A DNA stretch of 64,000 nt from Acidimicrobiia bacterium (GTDB taxonomy: Bacteria > Actinomycetota > Acidimicrobiia > Spongiisociales > ZC4RG35). The translations under genes were made by a program, and so were the position numbers. The DNA is taken from the NCBI GenBank assembly GCA_028285585.1, contig JANQOU010000008.1:200760-264759 (forward strand), given 5' to 3'. The stretch's first letter is position 1; every line of letters begins with the position of its first letter. Below are positions 10,473-20,063 of this stretch, piece by piece. Below the pieces are notes generated by a model. It searched no databases and had not been told where the DNA came from. It saw only the letters and a program-made list of their open reading frames with translations.

Positions 10473-10955
10473 TCATAGATCCAATTCAGCGCAGCTACGG
10501 GGGGCCTCCCAATATCCCCACTCGCTCACCGGGCTTCCCTCCAAAGGCTCGAGACTGGTGCTGTCAGCAAGGACATCGACACGTAGCCAGTTGCCACTTC
10601 CAACAGCAGCCAGTAGGAGACTGGGACGGTTGAGCGCCCAAGCTCCGACCCAGAGACGCGGCTCGACTTGCTCGCGGAGAATTCTCAGCCCGCGATTTGA
10701 CCAAATCTCGACCCAAACTTGGGTCACCCCTCGCGATGCGTCAAGCACCTCAGTGTGGACAATTGCGACATATTCGCCGTCTTGTGACCAGGCAGCCCAG
10801 TCCGGTCGCCGAGGGTACGTTGCCAACTCAGTTGGTTCAGAAAGATCGTTCGAGTAGATCGCGAGAAGATGCCCGTCTTCTCGCGGTGTTGACATGAGGA
10901 TATGGCGCTGCCGCTGTCGAGCATTCAGGGCCGAACGAGAGATGTCGACCATCAT
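10473..10955 (-). CDS. Hypothetical protein (Trp-rich, ~160 aa)
   Basis: ORF with protein-like composition that is not Arg/Ser/Pro-skewed like the overlapping plus-strand shadow ORFs. No recognisable motif; start uncertain. Confidence 0.45.
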   Translation of the reverse strand: MMVDISRSALNARQRQRHILMSTPREDGHLLAIYSNDLSEPTELATYPRRPDWAAWSQDGEYVAIVHTEVLDASRGVTQVWVEIWSNRGLRILREQVEPRLWVGAWALNRPSLLLAAVGSGNWLRVDVLADSTSLEPLEGSPVSEWGYWEAPRSCAELDL

Positions 10956-11007
10956 CGGGTACCTGGCGGAGTAGGCCCGGAATTGGTTTGGTGGTCCATT
11001 CGGCCGT

Positions 11008-12054
11008 CTAGCCCACAGACGGTGTGAGCAGGGAAACCAACATGTAGCCGACAACAGCGAGCGTGAGAGCGGCCGCAGCTCCCGTTGCGAGCGCTCGCCA
11101 CGAGGCCCGGGTCAGTTCCCCTATCACGAGACTCATTCCAACCCCGACTATCGCTACGAGGATGGCTAGATCCGCAAATCCTGTGAGCACGCCCGCGATC
11201 GGCTCTGAAATGACCCCGAAGGTGCGGAGAGCCATCATCCCAAAGAACGCCAGTAGGAAAGTCGGAATGGCGTTCCTGACGCTGGACCGCAGCCCGTCGC
11301 CTCGAGCGTGTTCGCCCCCCACCCGCCAAGCGACCGCGGGTATCACGAGCGCCATAGCGGCGTTCCGAATCAGTTTGACCACTGTTGCGACGTCGCGGGC
11401 CGACTCTGAAAACGCCGTCCCCGCCGCCACCACCTGGCTCGTGTCTTGGATTGCCAGACCGGCCCAGAGCCCGAAAGAGACATCGCCCATGCCCGATAGT
11501 CGACCAATGGGAGGAAGAATCAAGAGACTCACAGTGCCGCAGATCGTGACGGTGCTGACCGCAAGGGCGACATCCGACGAACGGGCCTTGATGACCGGCG
11601 CGGTGGCCATGATCGCCGTGTTGCCACAGATTGCGGAACCTACGCCGATCAAGGCTGCTAGCTGACGCCCACAGGACAAACGCTGGCCGACGATCCATGC
11701 CACTCCGAAGCCCAGTGTGATTGAAGTCGCCACGAGTACTATCGACTCCGATCCGAGTCGGGCGACATCGCCAAGGCTCAGCCGGGCGCCCAACAGCACG
11801 ATTCCGATTCTCAAGACATGACTCGTAAGGATTCGCAGCCCATCGCGCAGGTACCTGTGGGATAGGACATTCCCGACGATGACGCCGAGTATGAGGGCGA
11901 CGGGGATCGGGCTCACCCCGGCGGGCAGGGCTCCAGCGAGCAACGACGCCGACGCCGCCACGGCTGCTCCGGCCATGACTCCCGGGAGGTAGGACAGCAC
12001 CGTCGGGGTATCTGATCGGCTCGGTGTGTGACGAGCGGTCTCGGACTCGCTCAT
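11008..12054 (-). CDS. YeiH/UPF0324-family membrane protein (putative sulfate exporter family)
   Basis: ~10 TM helices with a YeiH-like core (…GVGSAICGNTAIMATAPVI…). Start at MSESE (12054). Confidence 0.7.
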   Translation of the reverse strand: MSESETARHTPSRSDTPTVLSYLPGVMAGAAVAASASLLAGALPAGVSPIPVALILGVIVGNVLSHRYLRDGLRILTSHVLRIGIVLLGARLSLGDVARLGSESIVLVATSITLGFGVAWIVGQRLSCGRQLAALIGVGSAICGNTAIMATAPVIKARSSDVALAVSTVTICGTVSLLILPPIGRLSGMGDVSFGLWAGLAIQDTSQVVAAGTAFSESARDVATVVKLIRNAAMALVIPAVAWRVGGEHARGDGLRSSVRNAIPTFLLAFFGMMALRTFGVISEPIAGVLTGFADLAILVAIVGVGMSLVIGELTRASWRALATGAAAALTLAVVGYMLVSLLTPSVG

Positions 12055-12172
12055 GTCTGTGAACGTGTCCCACGTGAGCTGGGTGGGCCAACCGCTCTGC
12101 GTCTCGCATGGATCAACGCTTCCTTCGGATGGGCACACACATCTGATTCCATTCGAGAGCTACTCGTCGGCA

Positions 12173-13348
12173 TCACCCCGAGTACTTGGAGGCTGCCCCG
12201 GTGTTGTACAGCACAACGGTGTCACCCGCCGAGAGCCATCCCGAAGCCAAGAGCTGTCGGTAGGCCGCAAGGCAAGCTCCGCCCTCCGGAGAGCCCCAAA
12301 CCCCGGTTTCTCTGGCCAGGGACAGAGAAGCGTCGATCATTTCCTTCTCCTCGACCGCAACAGCTGTCCCGTTGGTTGATCTCAACCCCTCGAGGATCAA
12401 ACGATCCCCCAAGGCCGACGGAACCCTCAGCCCGAACGCCAGGGACTCATCAGGATCAAGCCAGGTCTCAGCTCGATCAGCGCCATCGGTGACGGCCTTG
12501 ACGATCGGCGCACAGCCAGCCACCTGCACTGCGACCATCCGTGGGCGCAAGGAGTCGATCCACCCCAGCTCCTCCATCTCGTCGAAGGCTTTGACCATCC
12601 CGACGAGTCCGGTTCCGCCACCTGTCGGATAGATGACGACGTCGGGCAGCCGACCGAAATCCCAGAAGATCTCATAGCCCATCATCTTCTTGCCCTCCAC
12701 CCGGTACGGTTCGCCCAGAGTCGCAAGTGAAAACCAGGACGGATCCTTGGCCCGCTCTCGACTCAGCGCGCCCGCATCGGCGATGCTTCCCTGGACGAGA
12801 ATGACTTTGCCGCCCAAGGCTTCGATCTCATCGATCAACGGGAGTGGCGTGTTGGATGGAACCACCACCTCGACTGATACGCCGTAGATTGCGCCGTAGG
12901 CTGCTGCGGCTCCTCCGGCATTTCCGTTCGAGGGAAGACAGAAGTTTCGAGCGCCTAGTTCAAAGCTCCGGCCAACGGCCACCGCCATGCCCCGTGCTTT
13001 GAAAGAACCGGTCGGGTTCTGTGACTCGTCTTTGACCCAAACGTTCTCACCCACCCCACGACCGGGGAGCATCGGGGTGCCGCCCTCGCCCAGCGTCGGG
13101 CTCTGTGTTCCGGCGGCCAGAGGCAGCATCTCGTGGAAACGAAACTGCCCGCGATTGCGGGCGAGGACATCGGCGAGGGTCGCCGAGATGGACGAGATGT
13201 CGTAGCGCGCAAGGAGGGGCCCGCCACATTGCCCACACACATTCTGGAGAGTGTTGGCATCATGACGTTCGGAGCAGTGTCCACACTCGAGATGGGACAG
13301 CGCAGACGGGATCGTCTCGTCAGTCGTAGTGCTGGACATGTCGGGCAT
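12173..13348 (-). CDS. Threonine synthase-like PLP enzyme with an N-terminal zinc ribbon
   Basis: CGHC…CGQCGG zinc-ribbon and the PLP-lysine motif SFKARG. It has a tryptophan-synthase-beta-fold family body that ends …GDTVVLYNTG. Confidence 0.75.
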   Translation of the reverse strand: MPDMSSTTTDETIPSALSHLECGHCSERHDANTLQNVCGQCGGPLLARYDISSISATLADVLARNRGQFRFHEMLPLAAGTQSPTLGEGGTPMLPGRGVGENVWVKDESQNPTGSFKARGMAVAVGRSFELGARNFCLPSNGNAGGAAAAYGAIYGVSVEVVVPSNTPLPLIDEIEALGGKVILVQGSIADAGALSRERAKDPSWFSLATLGEPYRVEGKKMMGYEIFWDFGRLPDVVIYPTGGGTGLVGMVKAFDEMEELGWIDSLRPRMVAVQVAGCAPIVKAVTDGADRAETWLDPDESLAFGLRVPSALGDRLILEGLRSTNGTAVAVEEKEMIDASLSLARETGVWGSPEGGACLAAYRQLLASGWLSAGDTVVLYNTGAASKYSG

Positions 13349-13400
13349 CGAATTCTGGGGTGGGTGTCCCTCTCTCAACGGTTACCGCCTTACTTGGTTG

Positions 13401-14834
13401 CTAGTCGTCATCGTCTGCGACTGCGATCGTCGTCAGATCTCGGAAGGGTTCGATACCGAGCCGCCCTCCTTCGTAACCCCCGTAACCACTTGCCTTGAGC
13501 CCCCCGAACGGGAACTGAGGGGTGGTGGGGGAAGGAACGTTGACACCGATCAGCCCACATTCGATCTTCTGGCTCAGGCGGACTCCGCGTGCAGGATTCG
13601 AGGTCGCAAAGTACGCCGCCAATCCCATTTCATCTCCGATGCTGTCCTCGAACACCTCATCGATGTCGTCGAATCGGCGAAACGGTGCGACCGGGCCAAA
13701 GATCTCTTCGTTCCAGATTCGAGAATCGACCTGGGGATCCAGGACCGCCGTCGGCGCCATGTAGAAGTAGTTTGGGGTGTCGACATCAGTAGCCACGATG
13801 GTCGCTCCCCCGACCCGGGCCTCCTCGATCAAGGTCTGAAGACGATCGACCGAAGTCCTCTTCCGGAGCGGCCCAAGGTCGGTCTCAGGGTCGAGGGGAT
13901 CGCCCACACGCATCTTCGCAATGTGCTGACAGAACGCCGAGGTCACTTCGTCCCAAAGATTCGAGGCAACCCACACGTGGTTGGCGGCAATGCAGGACTG
14001 GCCATTGTTTCGGAACTTGGCGACGACCAGATCGGCAACGGCCGACTCCACTGAGGCGTCTTCGAGGATGATGAAGGGAGCATGCCCGCCGAGTTCGAGT
14101 GTCGTGTCCATCAGACGACTCCCCCCGGTCTGTGCCAGTTGGCGACCCACTGTGGTGGATCCAGTGAATGAGACTCCGTTGACCCGCTCATCGGCCAACC
14201 AGGTGTCAACAACGTCTCCCACGGGACCGACGACTGTGTTTACGACGCCGGGGGGTAGATGACGATCGAGAATCTCCGCCAACCTGAGACCCGCCAGAGC
14301 ACCGTCGAGGGAAGGCCGGAAAACGATCGAACAACCCGCCGCAAGGGCCGGAGCGATCTTCCGTGCTGGAATCGACACCGGGAAGTTCCACGGGGTCAGC
14401 ACCGCCACGACGCCCTTGGGGCGAGAAATCACCTTGTGCCTGACTCCGGGGCGCGCCCTCCACTCGAAGTCGGGATCGGTTCGCGTCACGGCAGCGAACC
14501 AGCGGAAGTAGCTGGCCGCGACCTCAATCTCCCCCCGGGCCTCGGCGAGCAACTTGCCTGATTCACGGGCGAGCAATCCGGAAAACCCTGAATCCGAGGC
14601 GCGGATCAGGTCGTCAGCAATGGCGAGGAGAGCATCGGCGCGTTCGGGTGCAACGGTTTTTGCCCAGTCCTTCCCCGCGTCTACAGCGACAGCCACTGCC
14701 GTCGTGGCTTCCGCTACACCGCCTCCGGCGATCGACGACAGGGTCTCCCCTGTTGCCGGCTCGGTCACGCCGATCGATGCGGGACCCGCGTCCGCTGCGC
14801 CGGAGATCCGGACGCCGGGTTCGATACTGCTCAT
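13401..14834 (-). CDS. NAD(P)-dependent aldehyde dehydrogenase
   Basis: ALDH motifs FTGSTTVG and ELGG plus the catalytic Cys context NNGQSCIAA. Start at MSSIEPG (14834), directly abutting the upstream dehydrogenase stop at 14839. Confidence 0.8.
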   Translation of the reverse strand: MSSIEPGVRISGAADAGPASIGVTEPATGETLSSIAGGGVAEATTAVAVAVDAGKDWAKTVAPERADALLAIADDLIRASDSGFSGLLARESGKLLAEARGEIEVAASYFRWFAAVTRTDPDFEWRARPGVRHKVISRPKGVVAVLTPWNFPVSIPARKIAPALAAGCSIVFRPSLDGALAGLRLAEILDRHLPPGVVNTVVGPVGDVVDTWLADERVNGVSFTGSTTVGRQLAQTGGSRLMDTTLELGGHAPFIILEDASVESAVADLVVAKFRNNGQSCIAANHVWVASNLWDEVTSAFCQHIAKMRVGDPLDPETDLGPLRKRTSVDRLQTLIEEARVGGATIVATDVDTPNYFYMAPTAVLDPQVDSRIWNEEIFGPVAPFRRFDDIDEVFEDSIGDEMGLAAYFATSNPARGVRLSQKIECGLIGVNVPSPTTPQFPFGGLKASGYGGYEGGRLGIEPFRDLTTIAVADDDD

Positions 14835-14838
14835 CGAT

Positions 14839-15840
14839 TCACTCGCTCGTCCCGCTGGCGGTGGGGGTTTCGCTGGCGCCGAGGATGGCTCTGACACCTT
14901 CTGCCACTTCGAAGGCGACACGCAACGACGACTCAATAGTGAGACCCGCGATGTGGGGTGTGAGAATGAGGTTCGGAACGTCTGCGAACGGTTCAGCGGC
15001 TTCGCAGGACAGCGGCTCGGTTTCGAACACGTCGAGGGCTGCTCCACCGAGTCGACCAGATCGCAGGGCAACGGCCACAGCATGTTGATCGACAATGCCT
15101 CCCCGGGAAGTGTTTACCAGCAACGAACCTGGCTTCATCAGTTGGATCGCTCGTTCGTCGATGAGGTTGTGAGTCTTTGATGTCAAGGGCACGTGGATGC
15201 TGATGGCGTCTGAAGACTCGAGTAGGTCGTCCCAGCCCGACGAGACAGCTTCTTGCCAGCGACTGTCGGCGGCGTCGATCTGCGGATCGTGGGCGGCAAC
15301 CGTCATCCCGAGAGCGGAGGCTCTCTTCGCCACTTCTCTGGCGGTGGCACCGAAGCCGACGAGCCCGAGTCGCTTGCCGGATGCTTCGAAACCGACACTT
15401 TCTCGTCTCGGCCATTCCCCATTGACAACTCGATCGGTGTGACCAAGAGCCGGTCTCCACAGAAGAAGCAGGGCCGCGACGACGTAGTCGGCAACGGACG
15501 TCGCATTCGCCCCAAACGCGGCGCGAACCTGGACATCGGCAGCCTCACAGGCCTCGACGTCGATGTTGTCCAAACCAGCACCTAACCGTCCGACCACCTG
15601 GAGACGCCGGGCCGCCGACAACAACTCGACATCGACCTTCGTCTGATTCCGGACCACCAGCCCCCTGGCCTGCGGCATCAACCGGAGCAACCGAGCGCGA
15701 TCGTTGTACAGAGTCGGGTCGTACACGACAGAGAAATCGTCTACCAGCCCACCAACAGCCTGCTCATCCATGTCTTCGCAGATGATGATCTCGGCCCGAG
15801 AAGGATCGGCTGGCTCGTCGGTGGAGTCTGAGTCGCTCAT
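14839..15840 (-). CDS. D-isomer-specific 2-hydroxyacid dehydrogenase (SerA/PGDH-like)
   Basis: Rossmann motif GLVGFGATAREVA, a catalytic …NTSRGGIVD… region and …TPHIAGLT…, which are hallmarks of the D-2-hydroxyacid dehydrogenase family. Confidence 0.8.
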   Translation of the reverse strand: MSDSDSTDEPADPSRAEIIICEDMDEQAVGGLVDDFSVVYDPTLYNDRARLLRLMPQARGLVVRNQTKVDVELLSAARRLQVVGRLGAGLDNIDVEACEAADVQVRAAFGANATSVADYVVAALLLLWRPALGHTDRVVNGEWPRRESVGFEASGKRLGLVGFGATAREVAKRASALGMTVAAHDPQIDAADSRWQEAVSSGWDDLLESSDAISIHVPLTSKTHNLIDERAIQLMKPGSLLVNTSRGGIVDQHAVAVALRSGRLGGAALDVFETEPLSCEAAEPFADVPNLILTPHIAGLTIESSLRVAFEVAEGVRAILGASETPTASGTSE

Positions 15841-15850
15841 CCGTCTTGCA

Positions 15851-15864
15851 TGTTACATGTAACA
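15851..15864. promoter_or_regulatory. Perfect 14-bp palindrome TGTTACATGTAACA (candidate GntR/FadR-type operator)
   Basis: Seen directly in the 70-bp gap between the MlrC-like stop (15911) and the 2-hydroxyacid dehydrogenase start (15840). GntR-family sites are of the form N-GT-N(x)-AC-N. Confidence 0.45.
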
Positions 15865-15910
15865 GGCCCTCCCGGCGAAAGAACAGGCGTGACTCGGTCT
15901 TGACCGCCTC

Positions 15911-17392
15911 CTAAGTGACGTCGGTGACGGGCTCGAACGGAAAGAGCGGTCTCCGGCGTCTCCGGTACGGAAGATTCTCCATGTCGGCCCGGGTCGAACC
16001 GGGTGTGGCGACCTTAAGGATCGTTGGGCAGTAGGGTGCGTAAGCGGGTATGGGCGCATTCGTCCCTTTGGCCACGATCACATCGAAGTCGGTGGGATCG
16101 AGCCCGCAACTCGTCAGCTGGCCGATGCTGAAAGGCATGACCCGGAGTGAGGTCAGCTGCACGGTGAGACCGTCACACGCGACGATGGCGGTGTGCCCCA
16201 TGTCGAATTCCTGGAGACCGGCATGACGGACAGCCTCCTCAAAGAACTTCCCCTCGTGCAGACTCAGCACGGTCGCGGAGGTCGTGATCGGTGACCCGTG
16301 CAGGTCGTCGGTCTTTGCCCCAACCTCCAGTTTCACCGACTTGCCCACCCCGGCGCTGGCGGCTGCCGCCACGCTCGTGGGGTCGTAGATGGCCACAAAC
16401 CCGCTCTCGATCGGTGATTCCAGGATCCTCTTCGCCAGGATGGTGCCGTCGCCGGCCGAGCCGCCTCCGATGTTGTCCCCGGTGTCGAGCAGGCAAACAC
16501 GCTCCGTCGCCGACGACGCCCGAGATACCGCTTCATCGACACCTACCAGACGTGCCACAAATCGCTCACGCTCGCTCATCAGGGTTGACCCGACACGACG
16601 CGCATGTTCGGTAGCTTCCTGTGGGGAGGCATCTGTGACAACCACCACCGACGCTCCGTTCTCAACCACATCGGCGAACCGGTATCCGAGACAGAAGCTG
16701 GCGCTGAGCACGTCTGGCTCAGAACGCACCTCGTCCATCAACATCCCGATAGACGCACAGGGCTCGACGCGTGTGTCCTGGAGCAAAACGTTGATGGCCA
16801 GTGGGGGAAACACCGCAGCTTGAGTCAGGGCTACTTCCCCCGCGACAGCCCTCAGCATGAGGTGCGCTGCCTCCATGCCCCGGTCGAATGTGTCCAGGTG
16901 GGGATTGGTCCGATACGCCACCAAAGCGTCGGTTGCATCCACCATGTCATTGGACACGTTGGCGTGGGCATCGAGCGTAGCGATGATTGGTATCTGCCCG
17001 ACGGCCGCCCTGATCTGTCGTAACCACCAGCCATCGGCGTCCGGGTGCTCTTCACAGACGGCAGCACCGTGAGCTGCCATCAGCAGCCCGTCGAGCGTGG
17101 GGACGGCACCAATCGCCGTGAGGGCCCGGTCGAGAAGGGCTTCGCAGGCAGCAGATGTGATCTCCCCGCTTGGGGTGGCCGAAGCCGAGAAAAGAGGCAC
17201 CGCTTCTACCGGATTGTCATCCAGACCGGCGAAAAACCCGCCTAGATCGGAGTGCTGACCCGTCCAGCGATCGCGCACACCAGGGCCAGCGTGCATCTCG
17301 AACATCTCAAGGTTCGTACGGGTTGGCACAAAGCTGTTCGATTCGTGCCAGAGACCCAAGACGCCGATCCGGGGGGTTCGGTTGCCGGTCAC
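15911..17392 (-). CDS. MlrC/M81-family metallopeptidase-like protein (DUF1485+DUF1611 architecture)
   Basis: N terminus PRIGVLGLWHESNSF, the hallmark start of the MlrC family. GTG start at 17392 forms a GTGA overlap with the upstream gene's stop. Confidence 0.75.
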   Translation of the reverse strand: MTGNRTPRIGVLGLWHESNSFVPTRTNLEMFEMHAGPGVRDRWTGQHSDLGGFFAGLDDNPVEAVPLFSASATPSGEITSAACEALLDRALTAIGAVPTLDGLLMAAHGAAVCEEHPDADGWWLRQIRAAVGQIPIIATLDAHANVSNDMVDATDALVAYRTNPHLDTFDRGMEAAHLMLRAVAGEVALTQAAVFPPLAINVLLQDTRVEPCASIGMLMDEVRSEPDVLSASFCLGYRFADVVENGASVVVVTDASPQEATEHARRVGSTLMSERERFVARLVGVDEAVSRASSATERVCLLDTGDNIGGGSAGDGTILAKRILESPIESGFVAIYDPTSVAAAASAGVGKSVKLEVGAKTDDLHGSPITTSATVLSLHEGKFFEEAVRHAGLQEFDMGHTAIVACDGLTVQLTSLRVMPFSIGQLTSCGLDPTDFDVIVAKGTNAPIPAYAPYCPTILKVATPGSTRADMENLPYRRRRRPLFPFEPVTDVT

Positions 17393-19287
17393 TTCGAGTC
17401 CGCGAACTCTCTCCCGTAGAAAGCGAAGTACTGCTCCACGGGTTCGTCCTTTCTGGCGCTGCCCCGTGCCATATCTGACGGGTTGGCCCGCCTGGAGTCG
17501 AGCCACGGCGAGTACAGGACTGCACCGAGTCTGGCCGCATGCAGGGCGGTTCGATCGTATTGGAGCCGCTCCGCAGCGTCGGGCCGCGTAGATTGGGAGG
17601 AGATCCCCATCTCCATGTCGGCTACCGCGAACTCGAGGTTGGCGGCAAGGGCCGAGACCATGAGCGCTTCGGCATCATCGGCAGGGTCAACAGATTTCAC
17701 ATCGGCCAGGCAATCTCGATACACCCGGGCGGTATTCTCAGTCACCGACGCATCCTCATATGACCCGAGGAAACCCTTGAAGAAGGTTCCACCGGCGTCT
17801 TCAAACCGCTCGAGAATGGTTGCCATCGTCGACGCCGATCCGGAGAAGCGCGCACTCAGATAGGACTCGATGAACTCCCGATAATCGAGGCTGACGTCCC
17901 AGGACAGCGCCGAGATGAGCTGATGGACGAGCTCATAGGTCAGCCAATCCCCCGGAACCACATACGTTCCGGACCCGAAGGCAGCGACACCGAGAGACCT
18001 ATAGAACGGTATCTCCTTCGACATGAGGTGTGGCAGGAGTACAGGCAACGAGTGCCACGCCATCTTCCGGTAGTACTCATACCAACCGACCTTGCCGGCA
18101 AAGCCGGCGTCTCTCCAGCGTGATAGCAGTGACGGCCACTCTGCATTCCTTGGCTGGTCCGGAGAGAAGATGGGCGCCCCATAGTCCCGATCGAGGGGTG
18201 CGAAGTCGACGATGACATCCTCGTGGTATCCATACTCGGGGTCGGGCGGATCGAGGGCCGGTGTGTATGAGAGAGTGGCGACCGTCACCGGCAGACGGTT
18301 GTTCCTCAGTTCCGCGCACAGCCGGTTGGTTACGTGAGCCTGAGCGTTGCTCATCGTTCCGAACCGGTCGACGGTCGACTCGGCCCACCGGGCGAAGTCG
18401 GGTGGCCACGCCTCGAAGATCGAGACCTCGGGTCGGTCGGCGAGATAATCGACCACGGCGTCGACATATGTCTGAACCGCCTCGGGGTGCTCCGCTTTGA
18501 ACACGGTTGGCGGAGGTTCGCCGGTGGCAGTGGGCTCATCGACTCCGCCGAACCAATCGGGATGGGCAGGTTCGAGATCGGAAGGCTTCAGGAACGACTG
18601 GTACCCGTGCCCGCCGGTTTCGACGGCAATGGCGCGCCTGGCCAACTCGGGTAGGACATGTTCCCGATAGTCGTCCCATCGCACGAGACCCCTCCCTTCG
18701 TCGTCGTAAGGGAAGACCAACGTGTTGCGTCTCTGCTTGGCCATCCAGTCGATAATGGCGACGAGAGCATCGGAGTCGATGCTCCACCCTTCGCCCGCGT
18801 CGGCGCGCCGAATGTCGAAGGACGGCGACTCGGTGACGCTGAGGCCCACATCGAGCGTGTTCGCAGCCGGGATCTTCTCGTGGTGCCCCCGGTAGGTCGG
18901 AAAGCGCGGGGCAAAGAACCGGACTCCCACCTGCTCCAGCAGCCGGTAGGTCGAATACAACACTCCCCGCTCGGACCGCGAGGCCAAAACACCCACCGGG
19001 CTATTCAGATTGATTGAGTAACCATCGGGGTGACGACCACAAAGCTCGACGCTCGCCGACTGGATACCGGCGACCACTTGTTCCGACGACGTCCCTCGAG
19101 GTGCAAGCGCCAACGCAGCAACCGAACCGGGGCCCGACTGATGTTCAGCTATGCCCAACCGCGCCCCCGTGATCAGATAGACGTACTTCTGCAGTTCTTC
19201 GGCGGCGAAGCCCACCGGATCAGCAGGGCTCTGACCCCCTATGGGTGTGATCACAAGTGAGGTTCTGCCTTGGTCGACAAGAAGCAT
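17389..19287 (-). CDS. Large hypothetical protein (632 aa), possibly a glycoside-hydrolase-like/DUF4838-type TIM-barrel
   Basis: Long ORF with coding-like composition that is translationally coupled on both sides. The function call is only a weak resemblance and is low confidence. Confidence 0.6.
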   Translation of the reverse strand: MLLVDQGRTSLVITPIGGQSPADPVGFAAEELQKYVYLITGARLGIAEHQSGPGSVAALALAPRGTSSEQVVAGIQSASVELCGRHPDGYSINLNSPVGVLASRSERGVLYSTYRLLEQVGVRFFAPRFPTYRGHHEKIPAANTLDVGLSVTESPSFDIRRADAGEGWSIDSDALVAIIDWMAKQRRNTLVFPYDDEGRGLVRWDDYREHVLPELARRAIAVETGGHGYQSFLKPSDLEPAHPDWFGGVDEPTATGEPPPTVFKAEHPEAVQTYVDAVVDYLADRPEVSIFEAWPPDFARWAESTVDRFGTMSNAQAHVTNRLCAELRNNRLPVTVATLSYTPALDPPDPEYGYHEDVIVDFAPLDRDYGAPIFSPDQPRNAEWPSLLSRWRDAGFAGKVGWYEYYRKMAWHSLPVLLPHLMSKEIPFYRSLGVAAFGSGTYVVPGDWLTYELVHQLISALSWDVSLDYREFIESYLSARFSGSASTMATILERFEDAGGTFFKGFLGSYEDASVTENTARVYRDCLADVKSVDPADDAEALMVSALAANLEFAVADMEMGISSQSTRPDAAERLQYDRTALHAARLGAVLYSPWLDSRRANPSDMARGSARKDEPVEQYFAFYGREFADSK

Positions 19288-20063
19288 CAGCTCGTCCCGG
19301 CATGGACGAGGAAGCCCGTCCCAGGCTCGACACCAGTGATGTTGTTAGGAATCCAATCGACAGCAGAGGCATCCAGGTAAGACTCAACCCAAAGGTCCCA
19401 ATGGATGGGCACAACTGTGTCGGCGTTCATGAGCCCCACGGCGTCCTCGAACTCCCCCTGGTTCAGATAGACCTTGTTCCCGAGAAGCGTCTCGCCGAAA
19501 TTCAGGAAGGCCAAGGTCACGTCGAGATCACCAACCTGTGAGAACACGTCGGGGTCGAACCCGGTGTCACCGAAGTGGGCCACCCTGGCCGTCTGAGACT
19601 CGACAACGTATGAGACAGCTTCGATGGCGAAGTCGTCGGCGCTGCGCAACACATTCACCACGAACGCTCCGACCTCAAGCCGATCTCCAGCACGCACCGG
19701 GCATACGTCGTCGATGCCTCCGGCTCTCAAAGCCTTGGCAGCTTCCCCGGGTGCGAACACCGCGGTCGAAGAACCGTTGCTCAAAGCGCGAACCGCTTCG
19801 GGGTCGCAGTGATCGCGATGCTCGTGGGTGATCAAAAAAACGTGGGCCTGGTGGGCGTCATCGGGTCCAATCGCCGACACTGCTCGCCGGGTGATCTTCG
19901 GATTGGCTGCCTGACCAAAGAAGGGGTCGATCCACAGATATTGATTGAGACTGCGAACGACGACCATCGAGCCTCCGGCCCAGAACATAAAGTCCCCCGA
20001 GATCGGGTTGCCGGGATCCAGCATCGGAGGGCCTGACTCCCTGGGAACCACCTCGATCGTCAC
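19287..20063 (-). CDS. MBL-fold metallo-hydrolase (UlaG-like)
   Basis: HxHxDH motif as LITHEHRDHCD. Translationally coupled to its neighbours. Confidence 0.8.
   Translation of the reverse strand: MTIEVVPRESGPPMLDPGNPISGDFMFWAGGSMVVVRSLNQYLWIDPFFGQAANPKITRRAVSAIGPDDAHQAHVFLITHEHRDHCDPEAVRALSNGSSTAVFAPGEAAKALRAGGIDDVCPVRAGDRLEVGAFVVNVLRSADDFAIEAVSYVVESQTARVAHFGDTGFDPDVFSQVGDLDVTLAFLNFGETLLGNKVYLNQGEFEDAVGLMNADTVVPIHWDLWVESYLDASAVDWIPNNITGVEPGTGFLVHAGTS

Noticed and set aside
10952-12109. 385-aa minus-strand ORF (Arg/Gly-rich) overlapping the yeiH-family gene in another frame
   Set aside because: Extreme Arg/Gly/Pro bias and no domain. The co-located frame encoding a polytopic YeiH-like membrane protein is clearly the real gene.
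13329-14054. 241-aa plus-strand ORF and several other 100-250-aa ORFs antisense to the ALDH, MlrC and DgaE genes
   Set aside because: Shadow ORFs inside well-supported genes on the opposite strand. No motifs, and skewed composition.
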